From positions 1 to 59,828 of the forward strand of contig CAYFLJ010000002.1 in assembly GCA_964343985.1 (NCBI GenBank): DNA of 59,828 nt. The letters are read 5' to 3'. This document shows positions 39,489 through 48,157 of the stretch, piece after piece. Below the pieces are notes generated by a model, which saw only the letters and a program-made list of their open reading frames with translations, had not been told where the DNA came from and searched no databases. The translations under genes were made by a program, and so were the position numbers. The stretch's first letter is position 1, and each line of letters opens with the position of its first letter. The DNA comes from an uncultured Thermoflexus sp. (GTDB lineage: Bacteria; Chloroflexota; UBA11872; UBA12225).

Positions 39489-39607
39489 GCCCTCGGGCAG
39501 CACCTCGGTGACGCGGTCGTGCGGAGATGTGACCCACTCCCAATCCCAAACCGCAAGCCTTGCCCGCTTCGGTGAAATCGGGAAGACAGGAAGGACAGAG
39601 ACGATCG

Positions 39608-40681
39608 ATGATCATCAAGATGGTGCCCGGCGCGAGCGACGCACAGGTCGACGCCGTCGAAGAGCGCATTCGCCATGAGGGCTACGAGCCCCGGACGATC
39701 CGAGGCGTCGGCATGTCGGTGATTGCCGTTGTCGGAAAGCGGCCCGAATACCTCATCGACAAGATCCTCTCGATGTCTGGGGTTGATCAATGCATTCCGA
39801 TCGAGAAGCCGTACAAGCTTGCGGCGCGCGACTTCCAGTCCGGTTGGACAGAAATCCCGATGGGAGAGGCGGTGCTTGGGAGCCAAGACATTACGATCAT
39901 GGCGGGGCCGTGCACCGTGGAGACGCGGGAGCAACTTCTGACGACGGCGCGAGGGGTGAAGGCGCACGGTGCCCACGTGCTGCGCGGTGGTGCGTTCAAG
40001 CCTCGGTCGTCGCCGTACGCGTTCCAGGGCCTTGGCGAAGACGGACTGAAACTCCTTGACGAAGCGCGCGCGCTGTCGGGACTCCCGATCATCACGGAAG
40101 TGATGGAGCCGGGGACGGTCGACGTCGTGCAACGGTACGCCGACGTTCTCCAAATTGGTGCACGAAACTGTCAGAACTACCCGCTTCTCCGGGAGGTTGG
40201 CAAGGCGCGCAAGCCGGTCATGCTGAAACGAGGGCCAAGTGTCACGATTGACGAGTGGATCATGGCGGCTGAATATGTGTTGCATGGTGGAAACATGCAG
40301 GTTATGATGTGTGAGCGTGGCATAAAAACATTTGAAAACTACACTCGCAATACTCTCGACTTATCTGCAATTCCCGCAATCAAGCGCCTGACACACCTTC
40401 CAGTGATTGTTGACCCGAGTCACGGCACAGGCAAATGGCACCTGGTTCGCTCGATGTGTCTGGCGTCGGTGGCGGCCGGTGCCGACGGCGTTCTCATCGA
40501 AGTCCACCCAACGCCGGATACGGCGCTGTGCGACGGCGCGCAATCGTTGACGATTGAGAATTTCGCTACGGCTGCATCAGACATTGCTCGCGTCGCGGTC
40601 GCAGTTGGCAGACGCGTACCGGGCTTTGAGGCCGACGGCACCTTTGTCGGCAGCGGTACGTACACGGCGGTCGCCGGCTGA
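39608..40681 (+). CDS. 3-deoxy-7-phosphoheptulonate (DAHP) synthase, type I-beta with an N-terminal ACT/ferredoxin-like regulatory domain
   Basis: MIIKMVPGASDAQVDAVEERI.. is a Thermotoga-type regulatory domain, followed by the catalytic core ..IMAGPCTVE..LRGGAFKPRSSPYAFQGLG..VDPSHG. Confidence 0.9.
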   Translation: MIIKMVPGASDAQVDAVEERIRHEGYEPRTIRGVGMSVIAVVGKRPEYLIDKILSMSGVDQCIPIEKPYKLAARDFQSGWTEIPMGEAVLGSQDITIMAGPCTVETREQLLTTARGVKAHGAHVLRGGAFKPRSSPYAFQGLGEDGLKLLDEARALSGLPIITEVMEPGTVDVVQRYADVLQIGARNCQNYPLLREVGKARKPVMLKRGPSVTIDEWIMAAEYVLHGGNMQVMMCERGIKTFENYTRNTLDLSAIPAIKRLTHLPVIVDPSHGTGKWHLVRSMCLASVAAGADGVLIEVHPTPDTALCDGAQSLTIENFATAASDIARVAVAVGRRVPGFEADGTFVGSGTYTAVAG

Positions 40682-42099
40682 TGTCATCGCCGAACAGCGC
40701 TCCCCCCACTGCGCTTTCGGCGGGGGCGCGCGCCGTGCGCGCAGTCGGGCGCGTGTCAGGCTCGGTCGAAGTTCCGGGCGATAAGAGCATTACGCATCGG
40801 GCGGTGATGTTCAACGCCCTAGCGGACGGAGTCGCAACTGTTCGGGGCGCCGGTCTCGGTGGGGACTGCCTGTCAACCGCTGACGCCATGCGCGCGTTGG
40901 GCGCGCAGGTCCAGCGATGCTGGCCCACGGGTGCACTCACCGACGATTTGCGTCGAGATCCTGAGACCGGGGCGGACGTACGGGAGGATGCAGTTCTCAT
41001 CGTTCGCGGCGCCGGTGAGTCCGGCTTGTCCGAACCCGTCGACGTGATCGACGCCGGGAACTCAGGGACGACCGCGCGCTTGCTGTCTGGAGTGTTGGCG
41101 GCGCAACCGTTCTTTTCGGTCTTGACGGGGGACGAGAGCCTCCGGTCGCGTCCGATGGGGCGGGTGATCACCCCGCTTCGTTCGATGGGGGCGCGGATTG
41201 AGGCGCGTGCGCGCGGTTCTCTCTTACCGCTCGCCGTTGCGCCTGCCGCGTTGCGAGGCATTCGGTATCAACTACCCGTCGCAAGCGCGCAACTCAAGTC
41301 GGCCCTGATCTTGGCCGGTGTATTTGCAGACGGGGAAACCGTGATCGAGTCGCCAGAGGCGTCTCGCGATCACACTGAGAGACTGCTTGCGGCACAAGGA
41401 GTGGACGTCACGACGGACGGTTCTGGCCTAGCGGTTTGTGTTCGCCCAACAGGTCGGGCATTGAAAGCGGTAGATGTCACGGTTCCGGGGGATATCTCGA
41501 GCGCGGCGTTTTGGTTAGTGGCGGCGTGCATCCATCCTAATGCGCGGGTCACAGTGCGAAACGTCGGCGTTAACCCGTCGCGTACTGGGATCATTGACGC
41601 ATTGCGGGCCATGGGTGCGACGATTGCGGTTGCGAATGAGCGGTCTATTGGTGGTGAACCGGTGGCTGATCTCACGGCCTCGTCAGCCCGTCTGCGCGGG
41701 ATTGGCATTGGCGGCGCCATCGTGCCGAGGCTCGTCGACGAACTGCCGATCCTTGCGATCGCCGCTGCGGTTGCGGAAGGGGCGACGACCGTGTCCGACG
41801 CGGCGGAGTTGCGCGTGAAGGAGAGTGACCGGATCGCGACGGTCGCGAAAGGCCTGGAGGCGTTGGGAGTTCGTGTAACAGAGCGGCCCGACGGCATGAT
41901 CATTGCTGGCAGTGGTCAAATTGGCGGTGGTGAAGTCTCAAGCCACGGCGATCATCGGATCGCCATGGCGTTCGCAATCGGTGGCCTTGTGGCCTCGACA
42001 GCGGTGACGATTGAGGGGGCCGCCGCGGTTGGGATTTCGTACCCAGCGTTCTGGCCGACCCTTGCCCAGATTGCGCCGGGGTCTTTGCGTGAACACTGA
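40681..42099 (+). CDS. aroA: 3-phosphoshikimate 1-carboxyvinyltransferase (EPSP synthase)
   Basis: VPGDKSITHRAVMFNALA.. and a TGATG overlap with the upstream stop. Confidence 0.92.
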   Translation: MSSPNSAPPTALSAGARAVRAVGRVSGSVEVPGDKSITHRAVMFNALADGVATVRGAGLGGDCLSTADAMRALGAQVQRCWPTGALTDDLRRDPETGADVREDAVLIVRGAGESGLSEPVDVIDAGNSGTTARLLSGVLAAQPFFSVLTGDESLRSRPMGRVITPLRSMGARIEARARGSLLPLAVAPAALRGIRYQLPVASAQLKSALILAGVFADGETVIESPEASRDHTERLLAAQGVDVTTDGSGLAVCVRPTGRALKAVDVTVPGDISSAAFWLVAACIHPNARVTVRNVGVNPSRTGIIDALRAMGATIAVANERSIGGEPVADLTASSARLRGIGIGGAIVPRLVDELPILAIAAAVAEGATTVSDAAELRVKESDRIATVAKGLEALGVRVTERPDGMIIAGSGQIGGGEVSSHGDHRIAMAFAIGGLVASTAVTIEGAAAVGISYPAFWPTLAQIAPGSLREH

Positions 42100-42988
42100 A
42101 GCCGTTTCGGCGCACCTCGCTCGGCGGGCTGCCGTGATTGGCTGGCCCCTCGGGCACTCCATCTCCCCAGCGTTCCAACAAGCTGCTTTCGACGCGGTGG
42201 GTCTGCCGGTGACCTATCGAGCGGTGCCGGTGGCTCCCGACGGACTTGAGGCTTTCGTCGCGAGCCTCAAGCACCCGACTGATAACGGGCCAGAATGGCT
42301 CGGTGTCAATGTCACGATTCCGCACAAACAAGCGGTCGCGAACCTAGTGGACGATGTCACCGAAGAGGCCCAGCAAATTGGCGCGGTCAACACGGTGATT
42401 TGCACCAACGGGCGGCTGATCGGGCACAACACTGATGCCATCGGCTTTCTGCGGGCGATGTTAGACCGTGACATCGACCCGGTCGGCATGAGCGCAATCG
42501 TGCTTGGTGCCGGCGGGGCAGCGCGTGCGGTTGCCGTCGGGCTACTTCGGCACGGGGTTACCGAACTTGCCATTGCAAATCGTTCGCCCGAACGGGCCGA
42601 ATCGCTGTGTTGGACCTTGCAGGACAAGTTTCCCCGAGTAGCAGTGAAGCCGCTCCCGCTCGACGCTGGAGTTCTCCGCACGAGGCTTGCGAAAGCGACG
42701 TTGTTGGTAAACACAACGAGTGTGGGGATGCGTGGTGGGCCGGACCCAGACGGTTCTCCCGTTCCCGTCGATGCGCTTTCTGAACGACACATTGTCTATG
42801 ACCTTGTGTACAACCCGCAGATTACCCCGCTGTTGGCAGGCGCATTGGCTGTACGTGCATCCGTCGTTGAAGGTCTGCCAATGCTTGTGCATCAAGGGGC
42901 CGCGAGTTTTGCGCAGTGGACGGCGGTAAATCCGCCGCTCGACGTGATGTTTGCCGCGGCGCGCCGAGCGATTGGACTTGTCTCGTGA
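42089..42988 (+). CDS. aroE: shikimate dehydrogenase
   Basis: VIGWPLGHSISPAFQQAAF and GAGGAARAV. The GTG start overlaps the aroA end by 11 nt. The longer ORF-track start at 42011 lies inside aroA. Confidence 0.88.
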   Translation: MNTEAVSAHLARRAAVIGWPLGHSISPAFQQAAFDAVGLPVTYRAVPVAPDGLEAFVASLKHPTDNGPEWLGVNVTIPHKQAVANLVDDVTEEAQQIGAVNTVICTNGRLIGHNTDAIGFLRAMLDRDIDPVGMSAIVLGAGGAARAVAVGLLRHGVTELAIANRSPERAESLCWTLQDKFPRVAVKPLPLDAGVLRTRLAKATLLVNTTSVGMRGGPDPDGSPVPVDALSERHIVYDLVYNPQITPLLAGALAVRASVVEGLPMLVHQGAASFAQWTAVNPPLDVMFAAARRAIGLVS

Positions 42989-43324
42989 CGGGTCGCGCGC
43001 AGGGGTAGCATCCTTCGAACCGTGCCTTGTGCCGACGTCAATCCGATTGCTATCGCACTCCGGTCGTCACCGCTGAAATGCCCCTCCGCCGAGTTCGACG
43101 GACCTCGACCCACCATTCAGACGGGATGGGTCGGGCGCGCGGCGGGTCGGGAAGCCTTCGGCCCAGTCTCGGAACTTCCATGGCTTTGAGAGACACGATA
43201 AGCGCCATCGAAGTGCTACCGGAGATTGCAACCGGAAAGGTCGTGATTGAACCGTGGTGGTTGGTGTTTCTCGGCCATTCGCACTGGCTACCCTTTGCGT
43301 CGTAGAGGCAAGGCGATCATAGTC

Positions 43325-44470
43325 ATGGGAAACACCACCGGCTCCATCTTTCGGGTGACGACATGGGGCGAGAGCCACGGTAGAGCGATCGGTGCAGTCA
43401 TCGACGGGTGCCCACCGCTCTTGCCCCTGACTGAGGCCGACATCCAACCAGACCTTGACCGTCGTGCGCCGGGCCAATCCGCAATCGTGACGCAACGCAA
43501 GGAGACCGACACCGTCCAGATTCTTTCCGGAACGTTTGACGGTGTCACCCTTGGAACCCCGATCAGCCTCTTGATCCCAAATGAGGACCAACGCAGCAAC
43601 GACTATCGGGACGTCGAGCGGAAGTATCGACCGTCACATGCTGACTTCACCTACGACGCCAAATACGGAACGCGTGATTATCGGGGTGGTGGGCGAACGT
43701 CGGCTCGTGAGACGGCGGCTCGGGTCGGTGCGGGTGCGATTGCTCGAAAACTCCTCGCACGTGCCTACGGCGTCGAGATCGTGGCGTGGGTGGCTGCGGT
43801 GCGCGACATCGCCGGGGACGCAGACCCCGCGACTGTCACCCGAGAGGCGGTTGATCAGACCATTGTTCGCTGCCCCGACCTTGATGCGGCGGCCCGCATG
43901 GTTGACGCAATTCAGGCGGCACGCAAGGACGGCGACTCGCTCGGTGGCGTGGTTGGGTGTGTGGTCCGAGGGTGCCCTGCCGGTTGGGGTGCGCCAGTTT
44001 TTGATCGTTTGGAGGCGGACCTTGCGGGGGCGATGTTGAGCCTGCCAGCGACCAAGGGGTTTGAGATTGGTTCAGGTTTCGCCGGATCGCAGATGACCGG
44101 GTTAGCACATAACGATCTGTTTTATATGGACGCCGGTCGCGTGCGGACGCGCACGAATCGAAGTGGAGGGGTTCAAGGGGGGATCACTAACGGCGAAGCG
44201 GTTGAGTTTCGGGTCGCATTCAAACCGGTTGCGACCGTCATGCGCGAGCAAGCGACTGTCACTCGGGATGGCGTGGATGCGACGATTGCGGGCAGAGGCC
44301 GCCACGATCCGTGCGTCCTGCCACGAGCCGTCGCTCTCGTCGAAGCGATGGCGGCGTTGGTCTTCGCCGACCATGCACTTCGTCACGCGGCCGTCGCCCC
44401 GCTCGAGGTGACGGAAACGACGTCATCTGGCTGGGGATGGGGGCGGTTCCCCGACGGCGGCGACCAATGA
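43325..44470 (+). CDS. aroC: chorismate synthase
   Basis: [19 protein letters not shown].., [14 protein letters not shown]. Confidence 0.93.
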   Translation: MGNTTGSIFRVTTWGESHGRAIGAVIDGCPPLLPLTEADIQPDLDRRAPGQSAIVTQRKETDTVQILSGTFDGVTLGTPISLLIPNEDQRSNDYRDVERKYRPSHADFTYDAKYGTRDYRGGGRTSARETAARVGAGAIARKLLARAYGVEIVAWVAAVRDIAGDADPATVTREAVDQTIVRCPDLDAAARMVDAIQAARKDGDSLGGVVGCVVRGCPAGWGAPVFDRLEADLAGAMLSLPATKGFEIGSGFAGSQMTGLAHNDLFYMDAGRVRTRTNRSGGVQGGITNGEAVEFRVAFKPVATVMREQATVTRDGVDATIAGRGRHDPCVLPRAVALVEAMAALVFADHALRHAAVAPLEVTETTSSGWGWGRFPDGGDQ

Positions 44471-45096
44471 ATTACCACCACGTCATTCTCGTTGGCCTGT
44501 CGGGCAGTGGTAAGTCGACGATTGGGCCGCGACTAGCTCGTCGGCTTGATCTCCTTTTTGTCGACACCGATCGGAGCGTTGTCGCGCGTGCTGGTAAGCC
44601 GATCGAGGAGATTTTTGCAACCGCGGGAGAATCAACGTTCCGGGCGTTTGAACGCGAGGCGGTGCGCGAGGCGGTAGCTGGGCCACGGGCGGTCATATCA
44701 ACGGGAGCTGGTGCGCCGATCGACCACACGAACCGAGCGTTGCTGTGGGAGGAGAATGTCGTTGTTTGGCTTGATGCCCCGCTTGAGGTGCTTGTGACGC
44801 GCCTCGGGCGGTCAGACCGTCCCGGACGCGAGCGGCGACCGCTTCTCAACGGCGATGCCGCGGCTCGTCTACCCGCGCTGCTTGATGCGCGTCGGCCGAT
44901 TTACGAGACCGCGCACGTCCGCGTAGGCACAGGGACTGCGCGTCCGGACGTCGTGGTCTCGGACATTCTGCGTCGGATTAATCCGCAGCCAACACCGACG
45001 AGGCGAAGCGCTGCGCGCGACGCCACCCTTCGCGGTGGGAATGTCCTTCCATTGACCCATCGGGTGGTGCCGGACGGAGAGGACAACGGTTCGTGA
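44467..45096 (+). CDS. aroK: shikimate kinase
   Basis: [15 protein letters not shown]-loop and an ATGA overlap with the aroC stop. Confidence 0.88.
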   Translation: MNYHHVILVGLSGSGKSTIGPRLARRLDLLFVDTDRSVVARAGKPIEEIFATAGESTFRAFEREAVREAVAGPRAVISTGAGAPIDHTNRALLWEENVVVWLDAPLEVLVTRLGRSDRPGRERRPLLNGDAAARLPALLDARRPIYETAHVRVGTGTARPDVVVSDILRRINPQPTPTRRSAARDATLRGGNVLPLTHRVVPDGEDNGS

Positions 45097-46199
45097 GGAT
45101 CGATTACCTGCCGCCGCCGCCGGTAGTGCATGATGCCCCGGAACATTCCACACGATTGCGCTTCGGAAACGGCATCGTCGAAGGCCTGGGGCACGAGATT
45201 CGCGCGTTGGGCCTCGCCGGGAGAGCCTTCGTCGTGGCGGATGAAGCGGTGGCCCGGTCGCACGGAGTGGCCGTGGAGGCGTCTCTCGCGACTGCCGGGC
45301 TGCGACCAGTCGTCACGACCTTCGCGTCTGGTGAGGGATCGAAATCGCTTGAGACCGCGAGTGCGCTGTACGCGTGGTTGGCATCGCATCGCGCCGAACG
45401 ACGCGATTGCATTGTGGCGGTAGGCGGCGGTGTCGCGGGGGATCTGGCAGGTTTCGTTGCGGCGACCTGGTTGCGGGGGGTGCCGCTAATTCAGGTTCCG
45501 ACGACTGTGCTTTCGATGGTTGACAGTTCGGTAGGCGGGAAGACGGCGGTCAACCTGCCTTCCGGCAAAAACCTTGTTGGCGCCTTTCACCCGCCTGTGC
45601 TGACGTTCCTCGACGTACAGATGATTCGTGACCTTCCACATCGCGAGATTCGAGCCGGTTGGGCGGAGGTGATCAAGACGGCGGCGATATTCGATCCACG
45701 ACTGTTCACTGATTTGGAGGGGCGTGACCCCACCACGATTGACAAGGACGAGTTGGCACGCATTCTCGAAATCGTTGTCCGGTGGAAGGAGCGGACTGTC
45801 GTCTCGGACCCTCGAGAGCGGGGCGTCCGCGTCGTCCTGAACTTTGGTCATACGATTGGGCACGCGTTGGAAGCAACGGCAGGGTACGGATCGTTCTTGC
45901 ACGGTGAGGCCGTTGCCGTCGGCATGATCGTGGCATCACGGTTGAGCGTTCGTGACGCCGGGCTTGACCCAGAGATTTGTACGCGACTTGAGCGCGCAAT
46001 CGAGGCATCGGGATTACCGGTGCGGCTTCGGGCGGGTTCCCCGAGCGTAGACACGATTCTCTACCAGACGGGCGTTGACAAAAAAGTTGAAGCGGGGCGT
46101 GTACGGTGGGTGCTGCTCAGCGACCTCGGTCGCGTTGTCGTGACCGATGAGATTGATCCGGGTGTCGTACGCACCGTTCTGGACGAGATTTGCCACTGA
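45093..46199 (+). CDS. aroB: 3-dehydroquinate synthase
   Basis: GGGVAGDLAGFVAATWLRGVPLIQVPTTVLSMVDSSVGGKTAVN and a GTGA overlap with the aroK stop. Confidence 0.92.
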   Translation: MRIDYLPPPPVVHDAPEHSTRLRFGNGIVEGLGHEIRALGLAGRAFVVADEAVARSHGVAVEASLATAGLRPVVTTFASGEGSKSLETASALYAWLASHRAERRDCIVAVGGGVAGDLAGFVAATWLRGVPLIQVPTTVLSMVDSSVGGKTAVNLPSGKNLVGAFHPPVLTFLDVQMIRDLPHREIRAGWAEVIKTAAIFDPRLFTDLEGRDPTTIDKDELARILEIVVRWKERTVVSDPRERGVRVVLNFGHTIGHALEATAGYGSFLHGEAVAVGMIVASRLSVRDAGLDPEICTRLERAIEASGLPVRLRAGSPSVDTILYQTGVDKKVEAGRVRWVLLSDLGRVVVTDEIDPGVVRTVLDEICH

Positions 46200-46269
46200 G
46201 CGGCTTGGGTTCAGCGCTTGACGGGTTCGCTCGCCATGGCTACCTTTTTCTGAAACATGGGGGTCGATA

Positions 46270-47019
46270 ATGGTTGCAGCGCTTCCTGGTATTCGCATCG
46301 GCGCGACGTTGTCCATGGAGGCCGATGATCCGGCCCTCGGCGCAGACTCGTACAAGTGCCGCATTGAGGACTTCAAAGATGAGCGGCTGTGGCTAACGTG
46401 GCCCGCGAAACGAGGCCAAGCCGTAAAGCTGCAACTTGACGATTCTGTGTCGTTGGCACTGGCGCAGACCGCACCAAATGGGCAACCTGAAGCAACGCTG
46501 TATCTCGACTGCATTGTGGTCGACCGCTTGGTGCCGACCCCGCAGAACCCCGTCCCGCAGGTGGTTGTGCGTGTGGTTGCGGCTGGGCGCCAAGCCCCGC
46601 GCGGGTCGTACCGTCTCCCCGTGCACATGCCGCTGACCGACGTCGCGGTGAAGGTGTCGTCGTATGGGACGACTACGTGGAAACCAGTCGCGGCGTTTAT
46701 TCACGACATCAGCGCTGGCGGTCTCGGGATCACTTCAGACGAAGAGGTTGCGCAGGGTCTAAAAATGCGTGTGCGATTCCCTGTACCAGCGGGTTCTGGT
46801 GAAATGTCCGTCACCGTTGAGGTCATGAATGTGACTGATGTGTCACCGGGTGAACGGCTTTCAAAATACAAGCTGGGTGTGAAGTTTGACGACGCTACAC
46901 AGCAGCAGCGAGAGAGAATGGCGCGTGCAATTCATAGGGCGCAACTAGAGAACCGTCGTCGCGATCAAATCGCAGGCAAGATTGACCGGAGTGACGAACC
47001 GGAGGCACCAGCGACGTAG
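46270..47019 (+). CDS. PilZ-domain c-di-GMP receptor with a YcgR-like N-terminal domain
   Basis: RQAPRGSYR (RxxxR) and DISAGGLGI (DxSxxG) are PilZ motifs in the C-terminal half. The N-terminal half resembles PilZN. Confidence 0.75.
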   Translation: MVAALPGIRIGATLSMEADDPALGADSYKCRIEDFKDERLWLTWPAKRGQAVKLQLDDSVSLALAQTAPNGQPEATLYLDCIVVDRLVPTPQNPVPQVVVRVVAAGRQAPRGSYRLPVHMPLTDVAVKVSSYGTTTWKPVAAFIHDISAGGLGITSDEEVAQGLKMRVRFPVPAGSGEMSVTVEVMNVTDVSPGERLSKYKLGVKFDDATQQQRERMARAIHRAQLENRRRDQIAGKIDRSDEPEAPAT

Positions 47020-47074
47020 GTCGCGCTATGCTTTTTTCGTAGGTTCCGCAGCGGACGTGCTTGGAGAGTGACCA

Positions 47075-47299
47075 ATGGCGAAAAAACCACAGATGGTGTC
47101 CCTCGAAGACTTCGGGAAGCCACCGCCACCCCCGGCCAAGGCGCCATTTCCAATCTTCGCGTACTCGGTGCTGACCGTAATCGTGCTTGTCATCTTCGTT
47201 GGCGGGTGGTTCGCTTACAACTGGATGGACGCTCGTGCCATGGCCTTCTGGGGCAAGTCTGCCGAAATCGCGGACGCAGGACGTTTCGCGACGAAATAG
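47075..47299 (+). CDS. small single-TM protein, paralog 1 of 3 (74 aa)
   Basis: GGAGAG SD. The layout MVSLEDFGKPPPPP, then a TM segment, then FWGKSAEIADAGRFATK is shared with the two downstream ORFs. Confidence 0.75.
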   Translation: MAKKPQMVSLEDFGKPPPPPAKAPFPIFAYSVLTVIVLVIFVGGWFAYNWMDARAMAFWGKSAEIADAGRFATK

Positions 47300-47323
47300 G
47301 CAACGTGGACTAAACGCTTGGTG

Positions 47324-47385
47324 CCCTGATGTGTGTGGCGTCTTTCGGACCAATCATGTTCTTCTCAGGACATTCCCTGATGTGT
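47324..47385 (+). repeat. 11-nt direct repeat CCCTGATGTGT (47324..47334 and 47375..47385) in the spacer between paralogs 1 and 2
   Basis: Exact repeat read from the sequence. Confidence 0.5.
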
Positions 47386-47449
47386 TGAGCTCGGATAGGG
47401 CGCATCGTTGAGGCAGGTTCCAGGCCACTTGTGGCCGGGGAGGTCTCCG

Positions 47450-47674
47450 ATGCGCACCAGACCGCACATGGTTTCGCTTGAGGATTTTGGTAGGGCCCCG
47501 AAACCCGTTCCCCCGGCCCCCATCGATTGGCGGGCATATGTAATCTTAGTGCTCGTCGTCGGCACGATTATCGGTGGTGGATGGCTTAGCTGGGACACTG
47601 TGACCAATCGCGCGCTTGCGTATTGGTCGAAGTCGGCGGAACTTGCCGACCAAGGGCGGTTTAACACGCGTTAG
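47450..47674 (+). CDS. small single-TM protein, paralog 2 of 3 (74 aa)
   Basis: GGGGAGG SD upstream of the ATG at 47450. MVSLEDFGRAPKPVPP, then a TM segment, then YWSKSAELADQGRFNTR. The ORF-track TTG start at 47408 is not supported by the paralog alignment. Confidence 0.75.
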   Translation: MRTRPHMVSLEDFGRAPKPVPPAPIDWRAYVILVLVVGTIIGGGWLSWDTVTNRALAYWSKSAELADQGRFNTR

Positions 47675-47780
47675 CAGGTTGGCATCTATGGCCTTTTGGC
47701 CTCGCGAGTGGTGCCACCTGCTTAGATTGGTGTCGCTCGTGACACATCCGTTGCACGGCCTGATTCGAGCGCAGCGCGTG

Positions 47781-47808
47781 TTGAAAATGGCCTCTCCGTT
47801 GGTAGAAT
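47781..47808 (+). promoter_or_regulatory. sigma-70-like promoter for paralog 3
   Basis: TTGAAA, a 16-nt spacer, then TAGAAT. It lies about 40 nt upstream of the AAGGAGAA SD and ATG. Confidence 0.55.
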
Positions 47809-47847
47809 TTGCATGTCACTTGACTGCAACTACTCAAGGAGAAGCCA

Positions 47848-48069
47848 ATGCGACGCCCGACAATGGTGAAGCTCGAAGATTTTGGCAAGCCCCCGCCGCC
47901 TCCCCCGCCGCGCCCCTTTGACGTGCGTTCACACGTGACGTTCGCGGCGATTGTTGTGGGCATCTTTCTCCTAGGTTCTGCCGGCTGGGATTGGGCGACA
48001 GAGCAGGCGAGCTCCTACTGGTCTCGCAGTGCGGAAATCGCTGATCAAGGGCGCTTCGGCACGCGGTAA
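47848..48069 (+). CDS. small single-TM protein, paralog 3 of 3 (73 aa)
   Basis: AAGGAGAA SD. MVKLEDFGKPPPPPPP, then a TM segment, then YWSRSAEIADQGRFGTR. Confidence 0.78.
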   Translation: MRRPTMVKLEDFGKPPPPPPPRPFDVRSHVTFAAIVVGIFLLGSAGWDWATEQASSYWSRSAEIADQGRFGTR

Positions 48070-48157
48070 GCGCCATGTCCTAGTGCTCGCACGTGCACCC
48101 GCTTGGCGTGACTTGAGGAGGACGATCGATGTAGTCGTGGCCGGTACAATCCGGGTG

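Noticed and set aside
38860-41261. Minus-strand ORFs 38860..39453, 39374..40285 and 40566..41261
   Set aside because: They are Arg-rich shadow frames across the aro leader, DAHP synthase and aroA. The first would also run through the leader terminator.
43180-43305. The WW-containing small ORF as a second Trp-sensing attenuator inside the aro operon
   Set aside because: No terminator or alternative hairpins follow the tandem Trp codons, and no SD is present. It ends 19 nt before aroC. It is reported only as an unexplained gap.
48112-48134. A strong SD followed by a start-stop mini-ORF (GAGGAGG-7 nt-ATG TAG), and similarly AGGAGG-ATG GCG TGG ATT TAG at 14284..14309
   Set aside because: These are most simply explained as coincidental ATGs near real Shine-Dalgarno or promoter regions. 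At 14284 the SD also serves the in-frame GTG of the RraA-like gene. There is no evidence of function.
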